From Octopus vulgaris (lineage: Eukaryota), in the NCBI GenBank assembly GCA_951406725.2, contig OX597833.1, positions 71,424,001 to 71,488,000 of the forward strand: 64,000 nt of DNA, in the 5' to 3' direction. The notes below the pieces were generated by a model. It saw only the letters and a list, made by a program, of their open reading frames with translations. It was not told the DNA's origin and ran no database searches. The translations under genes and the position numbers were made by a program. Shown piece after piece: positions 28,440-42,349 of the stretch. Numbering within the stretch: the stretch's first letter is position 1; each line of letters begins with the position of its first letter.

Positions 28440-30000
28440 TAGGTTTCAGCCAGTAATGGCCCAGGCCATGTCTAACTTAATAGTCATTCAAATCAGGAAT
28501 ATGACAACATGACCTACTTCGCTGGATGTAGGTCGTTTATCCGGGATTTCTTGAAGGAATTTATCAAAAGACTTCTTGAACTTTATGGGGTCTGTGTCTG
28601 TGCTTTAATGTGTTTTGGTGTAATGTTGAAGAGAGTGGGGGGCCAACTGAGGTGAAATAATTGTGCCGTATTGTCGCTATGTGATGCGAGTAGGATTAAT
28701 GTTGTGGGCGGATAGCATGGGACCCAAGTCTTGGGTGTATCTTAAAGGCAATGCCAACATCTTTTGGGCAATGCTGATGGAATATTTCCCACATCATGCA
28801 GATAATGTACCACTCATGGCAGCATTGGAGAGAGTAAAGCTTGAGCTTTTCTAGTCGACCCCAATAGTTAATTCCTGTCATGCCGTCTATCTTTTTTGTA
28901 ATTCACCTTTGAGGTGCTTCAACTTTCAGGATGCTTTGTTTCATGAGGGGAAAACCACAGTGGACAAAAGTATTCAAAGTGAGGTTGAGTAAAAGTATAG
29001 AAGGCAAGGATAATGGTGTGGATATCTCTCAAGTGGAAAGCTCTGAGAATCCAGGAACACATTCTGCCGGCCATGTCAACTTTGCTGTTTATATGAGTGG
29101 CCCAGCTTATGTTGTTGTCCACAATTACTCCGAAGTCTTTGATGTTCTTGGATGCCATGAAAGTTTCACCTGAAGGAAGGGAGTATGGGTGTTTCAGGGT
29201 ATCCTCTTTTCCGGGGTGGATTAACTCAAACTTGTCCTCGTTCAGCAGCATATTATTCTTTTCCGCCCATTGGATGACAGCCAGCAGATCCGACTGAAGG
29301 CATGTCCGGTCACCCACTTCATTGATGACCTTCTGGATCTTGAAATCATTTGCAAAGATTCTTATGCTACTGTGCTTGATGATGTCAGTAATGTCATTGA
29401 TGTAGATGATGAAAAGAAGTGAGCCCAGCATAGTGCCTTGTGGTACACCACTACTGACTTTGGCTGGGCTTGATTTTGCTCCTTCGACTACGTGTTGGGT
29501 ACTGCCTGTCAGGAACCACTCCATCCATTGTAGTAACTTTCCAGAGATACCAACGTTGGATAGTTTTTTTTCAGGAGGATCTTATGATCAACCCTGTCAA
29601 AAGCCTTGCTGAAATCAAGGTAGATGACAGCAGTATTCAAGCCCTCTCCCAAAACTCTCAAAATGTCATCAAGGTGATGCAGGGGCTGTGTTTGGCAGTT
29701 CCTTCCATTATGGAACCGATGTTGGTTGGGGTTCAGCAATCTGTTGCTTTCAAGAAAGTGGGTTATCCATGATCTCACCACCCTCTCAAATGCTTTGATG
29801 ATATGAGAGGTGAATGAGATCGGACGGTAGTTCACTGCAAGGGACTTGTTTCTCTTTTTGAAAACTGGGACAACAGACTGGGACAGAAAGTTCTCAGGAC
29901 TATAACCATCATCCAGTGAATTCCTCCACAGATTAGCAATAGGAGATGCAAGTTGGTGTCGACGCACCTTCAGGACACAAGCAGGGAACCTATCAGAACC
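28440..30000 (-). pseudogene. CR1-clade LINE reverse transcriptase remnant
   Basis: NYRPISFTSHIIKAFER, VIYLDFSKAFDRVDH, SGVPQGTMLG, FANDFK (from FADD), YWGRLEKLKLYSL; frameshifted. Confidence 0.93.
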
Positions 30001-30039
30001 CTACTGCTGAATTGTGCTTAATTTCGTTAGGAACAGAAA

Positions 30040-30400
30040 CCTCTGTATAGCAAATATGTAGCCCATAGCAAACAAGCTGTCGTTGACCAGAAGCACACTC
30101 ATCAATGGCCATGAAGCTCGGGGCTAAAGGCAGGAAGCGAAGGCTCCATCTTAAGTGTTCAAGATCAAAGCTCGTTGACCTGGAACTACCTCGTCAATGT
30201 GAAGAAAAATGGAGTGGATCCAAAGTGCCGACTCTGCAATGATGAGATGGAAACAGTGGATCACTTAATATGTGGATGCTAGGTTTTGGCACCAGTGGAG
30301 TATAATTCAAAACATGAGAGTTGGTCAGTATCTACTCTGGTTAATATGTCGGCATTATAAAACCAAAACTGTTGACAAGTGGTATAAGTGCTACTCTGAT
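30040..30400 (+). pseudogene. R4/Dong-like LINE zinc-knuckle fragment
   Basis: 'QDQS..T.NY...DPKCRLCNDEMETVDHLICGC*VLAPVEY..H' translated from the sequence. Confidence 0.85.
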
Positions 30401-30559
30401 TGCTCTTCCTTACCAAAGTACGATGGCAGGCTGTACCTTACAATGGAGACGGACAACAACTGGATCTGGCCTACGTACAAGTTTACAACGTTTGTAGACA
30501 CCGAGATCGCAACTGTCTTCGTTGAGGTTATCCAGTGTCAGTAATAGACAAATGCTCAG

Positions 30560-30740
30560 CGACATTTGGTCCGATTTTTGTGATCTGAGTTCAAATTCTA
30601 CCGAGGTCAACTCTACCTTTTGTCCTTTCGGGGTTGATACAATAATCACCAGTCAAACACTGGGGTCGATCTAATCGATTTAACCCCCCCTCCCCACCCA
30701 AATACTGGTCTTGTGCCAAAAATTTGAAACCAATATTACA
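30560..30740 (+). mobile_element. SINE family B fragment
   Basis: gagttcaaattctaccgaggtcaact...cctttcggggttgata...ctggggtcgat. Confidence 0.75.
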
Positions 30741-31170
30741 CGAGGGGCACAGGGGTCTACCCGAGGGATGCTCGACCACTTACACAATAACTCAATGGAC
30801 AAGTAGTTCAGCGTTGATAGAACAACTAGAATACTCAGCGTCGCAACCGACGAAGGCCCTTTATTTATCATTTGCTGACGCAGACCATTACCACTCGTAT
30901 ATCTCTCTTTGTCATATGTTTTATTGATTGCCGAATATAATAAAACTAAGTCTGTTTCTGGGCTTCAGAACCTGCCGGCCATGTTCGTTTTGTTCCTGCC
31001 ACAAATTAACCGGTAAAACTCTATAAAGGGAGCAAATGCCCGTTTTCTTTCTTTTCCCTTAAAAAAAAAAAAAATCAATAGGGCTGATCCTGTATTCATG
31101 GGTATTACTGATTACCGAAGAACAGGTAATTGATTATTTATCAGGCTATTGGGTTTTGCACACCCTCACC

Positions 31171-31208
<38 letters not shown>

Positions 31209-31328
31209 ATACCCATAAATATACACATAATCTATATATATATATATGTACATGTACATTTATAATGTGTGTGTGTGTATGTGTTTGTGTGTGTGTATGT
31301 GTGTGTGTGTTTGTGTGTGTGTATGTGT

Positions 31329-31440
<112 letters not shown>

Positions 31441-32120
31441 TGCATATCCATTTGGCCACGAGAATGAGGCTCTTGGCAAAAGTGCTGATGGAATATAAGG
31501 TATCATGGAATAGAAGGGGATAGAAGAGAAAAGGGGAAAGAAGAGAGGGAGAGAGAGAGACAGACGAAGCGAAGGAGAGAGAGACGGAGAGGGAGAAAGA
31601 GAAAGAGAGAGAGAGACAGAGAGAGAGGGGTGAAGAGGGATAGTAAATGCTATGAACAATGAAGAGGAGATGGCTAGCGTTTCATCTTTACTTTGAAGCG
31701 ATTGATGTAAAATAAGTGTCAACAGAAATTAAGGCGGAGGTGGGGCGGAGGATGTCACGGACAAACACGGAGATGGCCGAGGCGGAGGCGACGGAGGCGA
31801 CGGGGACGGAAAACGGTATTAAGTTTGTGTGTGTGTGTATATATAAGTGTGTGTGTGTATAGATGTGTTTATATACATGTGTGTGTATATATATATAGCA
31901 GTGTGTGTGTGTGGGTGTGTGTATGTATGTGTGTGCGGTTATGTATGGATGTGTATGCATATATAAATAAATATATATATATATATATAGATACATACAT
32001 ATCTGTATGTATAATTGTATATGAAAACACGTGTGTGCGTATGTGTGTGTGTATACACATGTATACATGCATGTGAATATGTATATATATGTATAAAGAT
32101 ATACGTGTATTTATGTATAG

Positions 32121-32156
<36 letters not shown>

Positions 32157-32222
32157 GGAAATAAAGAGATAAAAGTGAACGGAAATAAAGATTGATTTCA
32201 AGTGAGAGAATGAGCGGGAGAA

Positions 32223-32255
<33 letters not shown>

Positions 32256-32528
32256 AAGGAAGAGGGAGAAAGAGAGACAGAAAGAGAGGAGAACAAAGGA
32301 AGAAGGAGAGGAAAGGAGAAAGGGCAGGTGAGTATGAGAAGAAGAAGAAGAAGAAGAAAGAGATGGTGTTAAAATATGGATGAAGTTTTCCTTTGAGATG
32401 GGAGACGACTTAAGAGAGAAGAAAACTCCAGAGATTGCTTACAATCTTCCTTCTTTTCTTCCCCTAAAAATATGTTGCTTCATAAAAATTTCATTTTGTA
32501 GAAATCATTCGGTTGGAAGAGTTGAAAC

Positions 32529-32747
32529 CAGTGCTTTTCAAACCTTTTGCAGGAGCGGAACCCCAAGGAAACATTCCACTGGCTCGAGGAACCCCTGTGC
32601 AATAATCTAATAGTCTTATGCACACACATCTGCACAGGAGAATTAAAAATTACTGCCGATTTTAGCAGTTTTGTAACTTCTTGCGGAACCCCTGGACTGT
32701 ACTGGCGGAACCCTAAGGATCCGCGGAACCCAGGTTGAAAACCACTG
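32529..32747. mobile_element. hAT MITE, 219 bp
   Basis: Ends CAGTGCTTTTCAAACC and GGTTGAAAACCACTG; imperfect 8-bp TSD GTTGAAAC/GCTTAAAC. Confidence 0.8.
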
Positions 32748-32849
32748 GCTTAAACAGTTTTTGGGAGGAATTAGTGAACAATAGCGTCGTTGGGGTATTT
32801 GTTTCCAATGACGTCTAACAAATTTATTATTTTTTTCATGCTTTATTTG

Positions 32850-33056
32850 GCTTCAGTCATTGGAGAGCGGCCGCCGTGTTGGGGCACCGCCATGATCGAC
32901 TCCAGTACTTATTTTTCATCTAGTCTGGTACTTATATCGGTTACTTTTGCCGACCTGCAAGTTACAGAGACGTAAACAAACCAAAACCGGTTATCAAATA
33001 ACGGTTGTGAGCAAACACAACCACAAAGGCACGCGCGCGCGCACACACACAGAGGC

Positions 33057-33103
<47 letters not shown>

Positions 33104-33405
33104 GGTCCCGGGTTGAGTCGGGGTTAACCACAGTAAATAAGGTACTCAATACATAGCAGAGTAAATTAATCTATTTTATAGAAGGAGCTTCTACAGGACT
33201 AGAACTGTTTCATTCAAATGAAATCTTCAGGAATATATATATATATATATATATATGACGGGCTTCTTTCATTTTCCATCTGCGACAAGGTTTTGGTTGA
33301 CCAGGGACTACAGTGGAAGTCCCTGGAAACCCAAGATGGCATACAGTGGAATTGAACTGGGAATCATGTGGTTGGGAAGGAAATTATTTCCCACACAGCC
33401 ATGCC
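32850..33405 (-). mobile_element. Decayed SINE A interrupted by (AT)n and a Penelope-like terminal fragment (~33100-33235)
   Basis: SINE tail at ~32850-33030 and head at ~33255-33405; the insert reads CTGAAGA-TTTCATTTGAAT-GAAAC on the minus strand. Confidence 0.6.
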
Positions 33406-34442
33406 GACCCCTATATTCACTTCCTTATTCAATGAGGGAGGGAGAGCCTCTTGAATATTTTCGGGGCCTTCTTTGCCTCCTCAGGCACCGGATCGATGTG
33501 CCGACTGAACCTTCCCCTTCTTATAGGCTTCCTTTCTAACACATCGACTGACCATGTAAAGCCTTATTCGTACTTGACTATTTCCTACGGATGTGAGTGG
33601 CGTCTCTAGGTTATTTACTCTCACAACAATTCTAAATTCTCTACGTCAATAAAAGAACAGTCCAGAACATTTTACTAAGCGAAACTTCCACAATCACTTC
33701 TTTGTGAAGGTTGTGGTTCGCTGATGAGGTCAGAATAACAACGTAACATGCATGAAGTTGTTTCCCTGCACGCTGGAAGAGACGGAAACTGACATAAGAC
33801 ATCGGCTAATGTTTCTTTTCTTTTTTAACCTCGCCACGTAATTATTTCTAGGTTAATGAATTAATTAACAAGCTAACGCTAACCTAACTATTATGGTGGA
33901 TTAATAAGTCGAAGATGGATTCAAGAACGTTTTTGTTTTTAACCTTCCTCTCCAAAAAGCATTATTTGCGACATTTTAATTAGAATTGTACAAATTAGAG
34001 GCCATATTATTGAATAAAATCTTGCTGACAGCTTCATTAAAACGGTTTAACTAATTAGAAAATATTTAATAATCAATATAACAGAATCATTGATTATTAA
34101 AATATGATTATGAATAAAACATAAATTGCATTTTATTTTAAAGCTGTTGATTGCTGCGAAACAGATTTTTGTTTTTGTTTTGCAAATTGGCTTCAAAAAA
34201 AGGAAAACGGAAAAAAATCATGGCTGTTTTAAAACTTTTGGCAGGTGTTTTGTGTGTGTGTGTGTGGGGGGGGGATTTGCAAACGAGTACTCAACACATG
34301 TAGTAGAGCTTATCCGTTTGATGGAACAGGACTGAAGAAGCGAAAGGAGGAAACTCGGAGTAGCAGCGGATTGAATGACGCAAAGGATAATAGAGATGAC
34401 GACGACGACGAAGAAGAATGTGGCGGCGGTAATTGGATAAAA

Positions 34443-34705
34443 GGCGGTTAACTGGCAGAAACGGTAGCACGCCGGGCGAAATGCTTAGCGGTATTTCGTC
34501 TGCCGTTACGTTCTGAGTTCAAATTCCGCCGATGTCGACTTTGTCTTTCATCCTTTCGGGGTCGATGAAAAAAGTACCAGTTACGCACCGGGGTCGATGA
34601 AAAAAGTACCAGTTACGCACCGGGGTCGATGTAATCGACTTAATCCGCCTGTCTGTCCTTGTTTGTCCCCTCTATGTTTAGCCCCTTGTGGGTAATAAAG
34701 AAATA
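34443..34705 (+). mobile_element. SINE family B (Meta-domain-like) with internal 32-bp duplication
   Basis: 15-bp TSD GGTAATTGGATAAAA (34428-34442 and 34706-34720); central ctttcatcctttcggggtcgat motif. Confidence 0.92.
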
Positions 34706-34886
34706 GGTAATTGGATAAAATTGACAAAGGCTGGCGGTAGAACACAGAAAAAGTGAGGGTTATGGAGAAATAAAGGGATAAGACTTCACCTTCAGTAGAT
34801 GAGGAACAGATGATATGAGAAGAGGAGAATCGATTAGATGTGCGGAGGGCGACGAACGGAAACCACATCGAATTGCGCTAAATTGA

Positions 34887-35313
34887 ACTCTTTACTCTTT
34901 ACTCTTTTACTTGTTTCAGTCATTTGACTGCGGCCATGCTGGAGCACCGCCTTTAATCGAGCAACTCGACCCCGAGACTTATTCTTTTGTAAGCCCAGTA
35001 CTTATTCTATCGGTCTCTTTTGACGAACCGCTAAGTAACGGGGACATAAACACACCAGCATCGGTTGTCAAGCAATGCTAGGGGGGGACAAACACACACA
35101 CACAAACACACACACACAAACACACACACGCATATATATATACATACATATATACGACGGGCTTCTTTCAGTTTCCGTCTACCAAATCCACTCACAAGGC
35201 TTTGTTCGGCCCGAGGCTATAGTAGAAGACACTTGCCCAAGGTGCCACGTAGTGGGACTGAACCCGGAACCATGTGGTTAGTAAACAAGCTACTTACCAC
35301 ACAGCCACTCCTG
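34887..35313 (-). mobile_element. SINE family A, full length
   Basis: Complete reverse-complement copy. Confidence 0.93.
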
Positions 35314-35482
35314 AACGTAGACTTTTAAAAAACTTTTCATTTGATTTTTCCAAAATTTAATTTTTTTCCATACTCAGAGTTGAAAAAGTCTCAATGACTG
35401 AAACCGGTACGAAAATGTTTTTTATGATAAAATTATTTTGGTATTTTATACCTTGACCTTTTTCCTTATACACACACACATA

Positions 35483-35710
35483 CAGGATGTTCAAAAAGTC
35501 TCTCCACAGTGAATGTTTTTCATCCTGCGCATCACCATCGAGCTACTTCAAGAGTTTTTTCGGTGAACGGATTATTTCGAAGGGACTTTGGCCACCAAGA
35601 TCCCCTGATTTAACACCACCAGACTTTTTTTTTCTTCTGGGGAGCAAGTAAAGGATCGGTGTACAAGAATCGCTCGAAAACCATTAAATACTTACTGCGG
35701 AGAGATTTTT
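35483..35710 (+). mobile_element. Tc1/mariner-superfamily relic
   Basis: TA then CAGGATGTTCAAAAAGTC; encodes 'IISKGLWPPRSPDLTPPDFF..WG..KGSVYKN'. Confidence 0.8.
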
Positions 35711-35715
35711 GAACA

Positions 35716-35778
<63 letters not shown>

Positions 35779-36143
35779 ACACACACACACACACACCACA
35801 CACCACACACACACACACACACACAAACACACACATACCCTCACACACACACTCACATGAAACTGGCTGCTGGCTTCTGCACAGTTTTTACCTATTACGT
35901 TCATTCACAAAGCTTTGGTTGACTCAGGACTGTAATGGAAATGCTTGTACAAACCCCGTCCCCACGGAACCGAGTCTGAAAGCAGGTGACTGCGAACCAA
36001 ACTCCCTAAAAGCATTACCACGCCTGCACCTACATAAAAAATTCTCTGTGTTAACATTAAACATCGATGACCGCAACAAAGCTATGGAAATGTAGTCCCG
36101 ATATTACGGATAAAAATACCCCTATTGACAATGAGAGAAAAGA

Positions 36144-36220
<77 letters not shown>

Positions 36221-36409
36221 AAATAGAGATTATACGTCCATTAGGGTGGATTGTCAGTGATAGCTACAAGAGATAATGCAGCCTTCAGACTTCCAAGATG
36301 GAAACATTTCTGTCGAAATCCTAATTAACAGCTGCCCAAATATGTCATCAGAGTATTAACTGAATACATTCTATGATGTTTTTGTTAAAATAAAGTATAT
36401 ATATATATA

Positions 36410-37492
36410 CTAGCAGAGATACCCGGCGTTGCCCGGTTACATTCAATTGAAGAATTAGACTTTTCTGTTATATTTTCTGAATCAACTGGAGTATCTATGT
36501 TTCGAATTTCATCAAAATTGCAGATGAGGGTTATTTCCCTCTTTACACAACCTAAAAAAATTGTAATCGTGCCACATGGAAACCAAAAGACGAATGATCA
36601 CAATAAGCAGTCAGTTACCCTACCCTAGTCGTTACCACTCCCAATGTAGGATCCTCACCATCCAGGTGACAGGCACAGCCGTAAGATGCATTACAAATCT
36701 ATAGCAATTGGAAGGGCATGACCCAAATGAAATCAACATTAACAACTGTGTGACGTGAGGGCTTAGGAGAAATTAAAGTGTCACCTCTGGAGTTTGCAAA
36801 TGACCACTATACTGATACGTAACTGGACAGAATGAATTTAAAATCTATAAATGTCTTTGATTAACCAGTCACTCATCTGGGAAGGCCTTGTAATCAATGT
36901 TACCATCTGGGGACTATGTGTGACCGAGTGATAATAAAAAGACTGAAAGGAGGTCTGCAATCAAATAACTTTACTCAACACTTTGCAACTGAATCAGTGG
37001 AGACAAAGATGCCTCTCATTTACTTAACAATTTATGCACCACATTGCAGAAATCACAATCTAAGTGTATGTCAAAGCAAACTGTTATACTGTTGTACCAT
37101 TGAATTAGAAATAATGCCCAACTTTTATGCTCGGGTAACCCTACAGCTTCCAATAGCACAACTGTATTCGTTTTTGCTTAGATAAAATGACAAAATTGTG
37201 TGTGTTAAGTCCCCATGGAGGGGTCTTTCTAACTTTGTAAGAAGATGAAATTTTATAAATATTACTTCATTTGTGTCTAATATCTATGGTTAAAATTTCA
37301 TCAACAGCAAAAATATATGAATTGTCATGGGGGTTATGGCCTTTATGCTTAGAATATAATTTCCAAATTTCATAAAGATCCATTCAGTACTTTTGACCTA
37401 GTTTTGTATCATAAAAGAAATGACTAAAATTTGGGAGTTAAGGCTCCCATTAGGGTGTTATATATACATGTATATATATATATAAATATTTA

Positions 37493-37539
<47 letters not shown>

Positions 37540-37550
37540 CTATAGATATA
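36410..37550 (-). mobile_element. Non-autonomous Helitron 3' portion
   Basis: Minus strand CCGGGCAACGCCGGG hairpin followed by CTAG|T at 36410; internal 'aatttcatcaa' motifs. Confidence 0.7.
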
Positions 37551-37644
37551 GATACACACACACACAAACACACACACATACACACACACACAAAGATAAA
37601 TTGATAGATACAACTGAGTGGGCAAACAAAAATATGAGACACAG

Positions 37645-37850
37645 CCTAGTGCTTTTTTATGTTGATAAGCCTAGTACTTATTCTATTAGTTTGTTCTTGT
37701 GAAACCAGTAAGTTTTGTGGATGTAAATAAATGAACAGCAGCTGTGAAGCAGTGATGAAGGCGAAACACAGAGACAAAGACACACACATACACTTACATA
37801 TATACATATATATACGATTGATTTTTTTCAGTTCCTGTCTACGAAATCCA
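37645..37850 (-). mobile_element. SINE family A fragment
   Basis: Middle part of family A. Confidence 0.7.
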
Positions 37851-37854
37851 TATA

Positions 37855-39725
37855 TATTGTTGTTGGCATCCTTTTTGTCTCGGGAGACAATGGAGTTGCA
37901 CATAAAATAATCTAGTCCGGCATGCTCTAATACATCTCCTGCTGTGGCTGTGTAGTCCTATCCTGGACAAACACTCCCTCTGGCAGGTGCCGCAAATGTA
38001 GCGAAGACTTTGCATGGCTGGTTGTAATGTCATAGTTTCTTGTTGACGTCTTTTCTTGTCTTTCCATTTCTCCTCTCTCTCTATGTCACTCCTTTGTGTT
38101 CCCTCTTTTACGGTACGTCGCCAATCTTCACGGTTGCTGGCAACTGCTTCCCAGTTTGTAATATTGATGTTGCAGGTATTCATGTCCCTTTTGCAAACAT
38201 CCTTGTATCGTAAGAACGGTCTTCCCACAGACCTAGTGCCCCTAGCAAGCTCTCCGTTGAGTATGTCCTTGGGGATTCTGCCATCTTCCATACGGCTAAC
38301 ATGTCGAAGCCATCTCATACGTCTTTGTGTGAGGAGTGTAAACATGCTTGGTATTCCTGCTTGCTTGAGGACATCTTTGTCGGGAACATTATTCTGCCAT
38401 TTGATGTGAAGAAATTTCCGGAGGCAGCGCAGGTGTAAGATATTTAGGCGACGTATGGCGTCGTATGGCGTGTGTATGGCGTCCAAGTCTCACTTCCATG
38501 CAGTAGAGTGCTAAGTGCACATGCCCGGTAAATCTTCATTTTTGTGGTCTTGGTCAGCTTATTGTTGTCCCATGCCCGTTTGGAGAGTTGGGCCATCACA
38601 GCAGCTGCCTTGCCAATGCGTATATTGAGCTCTGTATCAAGGGATAGGTTGTAGGTGACGGTAGATCCAAGATAGGTAAACTTCTCCACCTCCTGTAGTC
38701 TGTGGTCTCCAATATGTATGTTTGGGATGGTCGATGTAGCCTGACCCATGATGTTGGTCTTCTTGAGACTGATAAATACGCCAAAGTTGCCACATGCTTG
38801 CTCAAAACAGTTGATGAGCCTTTGTAGGGCTTCTTCTGTGTGTGATACCAGAGCGGCATCATCAGCAAATAGCATCTCCTTGATCAGGACGCTTCTGATT
38901 TTGGTCTTGGCACGCAGACGCGAGAGATTGAACAGTTTCTCATCACTTCTACTGTGCAGAAACACTCCATCATCTGATGTCTGAAAGGCATGTGACAGCA
39001 ACAGCGAGAAGAAGATGCTAAATAATGTAGGAGCAAGGACACAACCTTGCTTTACCCCGTTTTTTTATTTGGAAGGCGGCTGATGTTGAACCACTGTGCT
39101 GTATGGTGCCTTGCAATATCATCATGGAAAGATGTGATGATCCTCAGCAGCTTTGGTAGATATCCGATTTTTTGGAGCAGGATGAAGAGGCCTTTTCTAC
39201 TTACCAAGTCAAAGGCCTTTGTCAGATCAATGAAGGCCATATATAATGGCATTTTCTGCTCTCTGGACTTCTGAAGTTGGCGTATGGAGAATATCATGTC
39301 AATAGTTGATCTGCTTCTTCTAAAGCACACTGCGATTCTGGATAAATTCGAGAAGCAAGCAGTTGCAGCCTGGACAGGATAATGCGAGCAGAGGCCTTTC
39401 CAACAGTGCTTAGAAGCGATATTCCACGGTAATTGTTACAATCACCAGGTTCACCTTTGTTTTTGTAAAGCGTAATGATGTTAGCATCCCGCATATCCTG
39501 AGGGACTGTACCCTCTTCCCAGCACTGACACAGAAGCACTGACACAGAAGCTCATGAATGTGCCGGTTTTGAGGATCTCTAAGAGGATGCCGTCTTTTCC
39601 CGGAGCCTTGTTACTTGCTAGGGAGTCTATAGCCTTGGTGAGCTCTGCTATAGATGGCAGACTGTCAAGTTCACACATGACTGGCAAGATCTTGACACCC
39701 TCGATTGCAGCTTCAGCGTCGACTG
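37855..39725 (-). pseudogene. RTE-clade LINE ORF (RT domain and C-terminus), frameshifted
   Basis: KAPGKDGI, DCNNYRGISLLS, AFIDLTKAFDLVSR, LFADDAAL, FTYLGS, RIPKDILNGEL, C-terminal CxxC...H..H; (CAA)n tail. Confidence 0.95.
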
Positions 39726-39759
39726 TGGGCCGGTAGCAGTGTACAGTCGACCTAATGTC

Positions 39760-39902
39760 GCCCAGAGCGAGCCCATGACACTCCAAGGACCCTAAGTAAG
39801 GCATGTGTAAAATTTGAATGAAATTGGTTGTGTAGTTCCCAAGTTTTAGTGATTCATACAGACAGACACACATTCTCAGTTTTATATATATATATATAGA
39901 GA
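39760..39902 (-). mobile_element. Helitron 5' terminal fragment
   Basis: Minus strand starts TC(TA)nAAAACTGAGAATG; closely similar to 40490-40621. Confidence 0.75.
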
Positions 39903-39906
39903 TAGA

Positions 39907-40618
39907 CTAGCATTAAAGACCCGTCGTTGCCGGGTCATAGTGTTAGTGCATGTATATATGTGTATATATATATGTGTACATATTACATGTACATCTATAT
40001 ATATACATCTACACATAAAATGCAAAATACAAAGTTATATCTTGATATCGCTAGTGATAACAATACTCAAAATATATAACAGACTGGAATTGTTAGCTCT
40101 TCTTTTTTCTCTACATTGCATACTTTATAGACAATAGTCTTTTCTTTCATTTAATTTTTTATTATCCACCTGGACGCTAATTTTATTTTTAATTTAATTC
40201 CCATTCATGTGAAACCACCTATTCAAGTTCAAATCATTGATGCAATTTTATACCAATTGTATATATATATGTATATATATATTTTACTTATATTATACTT
40301 TTGTTTGATTTTAATTATTACTTACTACATATAATTCAATTGTTATTATTATATTTATTGTTAAAGTGAAAGCATCTGACATAAAATAGAGAAATATTTT
40401 TGTTTCACTTTTAACACGTAATACTGAAATAGTGGAGAAGATATGATATTACTATGGGCTCGCTCTAGGCAAGAAGTTGAACATTTTATTTGCCCATGAA
40501 ACTACATGGACCCTAAGTAAGGCATGTGTAAAATTTGAATGGAATTGGTTGTGTAGTTCTCAAGTTTTAGGGAAACACACAGACAGACAGACACACATTC
40601 TCAGTTTTATATATATAA

Positions 40619-40621
<3 letters not shown>
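39907..40621 (-). mobile_element. Complete non-autonomous Helitron
   Basis: 5' A|TC..TATATAAAACTGAG; 3' GACCCGGCAACGACGGGTC hairpin plus CTAG|T; no TSD. Confidence 0.85.
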
Positions 40622-40660
<39 letters not shown>

Positions 40661-40936
40661 GTTGTTTGTTTTTTGTCTGTTCTTGCTTTTTCTTTTCAAG
40701 AAAAAGCTGCGCCGGGGTGAATATAACAATAGTAATATTGATTTTTAACACTGGTAGAGGCGGGAAGGGCATAATCGATTAAGTCAGCAGTTGACTAATA
40801 CTTTAGTTTATCGACCCAGGTAGGATGAAATGCAAACCTGGTCGCGGCGGGATTTGAACTCAGTTAAATAAACGGCCATTACTAAAGGCTGAAATATTAA
40901 TAAAATATTTCCGTATATATATATACATATATATAT

Positions 40937-41088
<152 letters not shown>

Positions 41089-41099
41089 AAAAACGTCCA

Positions 41100-41800
41100 A
41101 CAAACGATGTGTCGGATAGAAAACAAAAGGTCGAGCGAAGTGGAGGCCAGTTGCCAAACTATTGGAACATTTAACCAACAACACTGACATAAAGAATATT
41201 TACGGACAACTAAAGCCTATAAAGTCTATAAATTCACTGGTCTACCTTTAATCATTGGCAGTCTTGTTTATGTTCCTTTTCGTGGTTATATTTCTAATGA
41301 ATATAGGTCGTGGTGTGGCTTATGTCAAGTATTGTAGACTGTGTGGAGAATCAATGTATTTTATAGAACTTTATATCAATGCAAATCGAACATTCATGAT
41401 AACAAAGAAATTTTAAATGTTAGCTTAGAAATATTTCGTTTTTATATTTCGAGTGAAATGCCCGTTTTCGAAGGCATTAAGAGTGCAAGAATGAATAAAT
41501 TGCCTCCTATGTGTTTTAATAATTCTGTAAATCAGATTTTGGCTGAGTTAAGTAAACTATCTGTGACTATTATAACTGTTATGTTAGACTGGTGATGAGC
41601 AGCTGTAGTTTCGGGATATAATTTTACGATTCAAATGCGGCCATCTTAGTACGGGCGGTGGCATGCGTGTTGCTGTTAAAAGGGTTTTAAGTAAATAACC
41701 TTGAAAGAAGTATGTAATTTTCATGCAATGAAAAGGACCTTGTAATACATACTGAGCTGATAATTCAGTATATAATGGAAATAGGTGAGACCTTTTGCAA
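41100..41800 (-). mobile_element. Possible Penelope-like remnant
   Basis: Minus-strand 'NSNTHATARTKMAAF' resembles the Penelope thumb motif S.HP...K.AAF; otherwise decayed. Confidence 0.35.
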
Positions 41801-41933
41801 CGTTACAGTGGCTGCGATCTAAATTCCTGTAGGGGAGAGGGGTTTTTTTTTCGTTTATTAACGGAGAAACAGCACTCTTTTTAATGGGATGAAATCAAGA
41901 ATCAATAAATGTAGACGCTTATGTTACGTACAG

Positions 41934-41985
<52 letters not shown>

Positions 41986-42349
41986 ACACATACACACTCA
42001 CACAGTTACACATGAACGCACACACGGTACACGCACAAAGCATATATGTACACAGCTGCTACACACATGCGTTTGAACAGACACACACACATACATACAC
42101 ACACACACACATCTGATAACCTCACACACAGGCTCACCCCACCCCATACATACACACACGTCCACACACACGCACGCATCGCTCCACACACACGCACGTA
42201 CATGTTTATTTATACGCACACACACACACACTTTCCCATACGTACACATACACACGCTCACACAATCTCCATACTCTTACACATGCCTACCCACACACAC
42301 ACATATATACTCGTACACATTATCCTCACACAAAGACACACTTGCGCAC

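Noticed and set aside
33721-33795. CTGATGA...GAAAC
   Set aside because: The GAAAC lies in a SINE-like 'gacggaaactga' word and inside the only plausible stem; no stem I or III.
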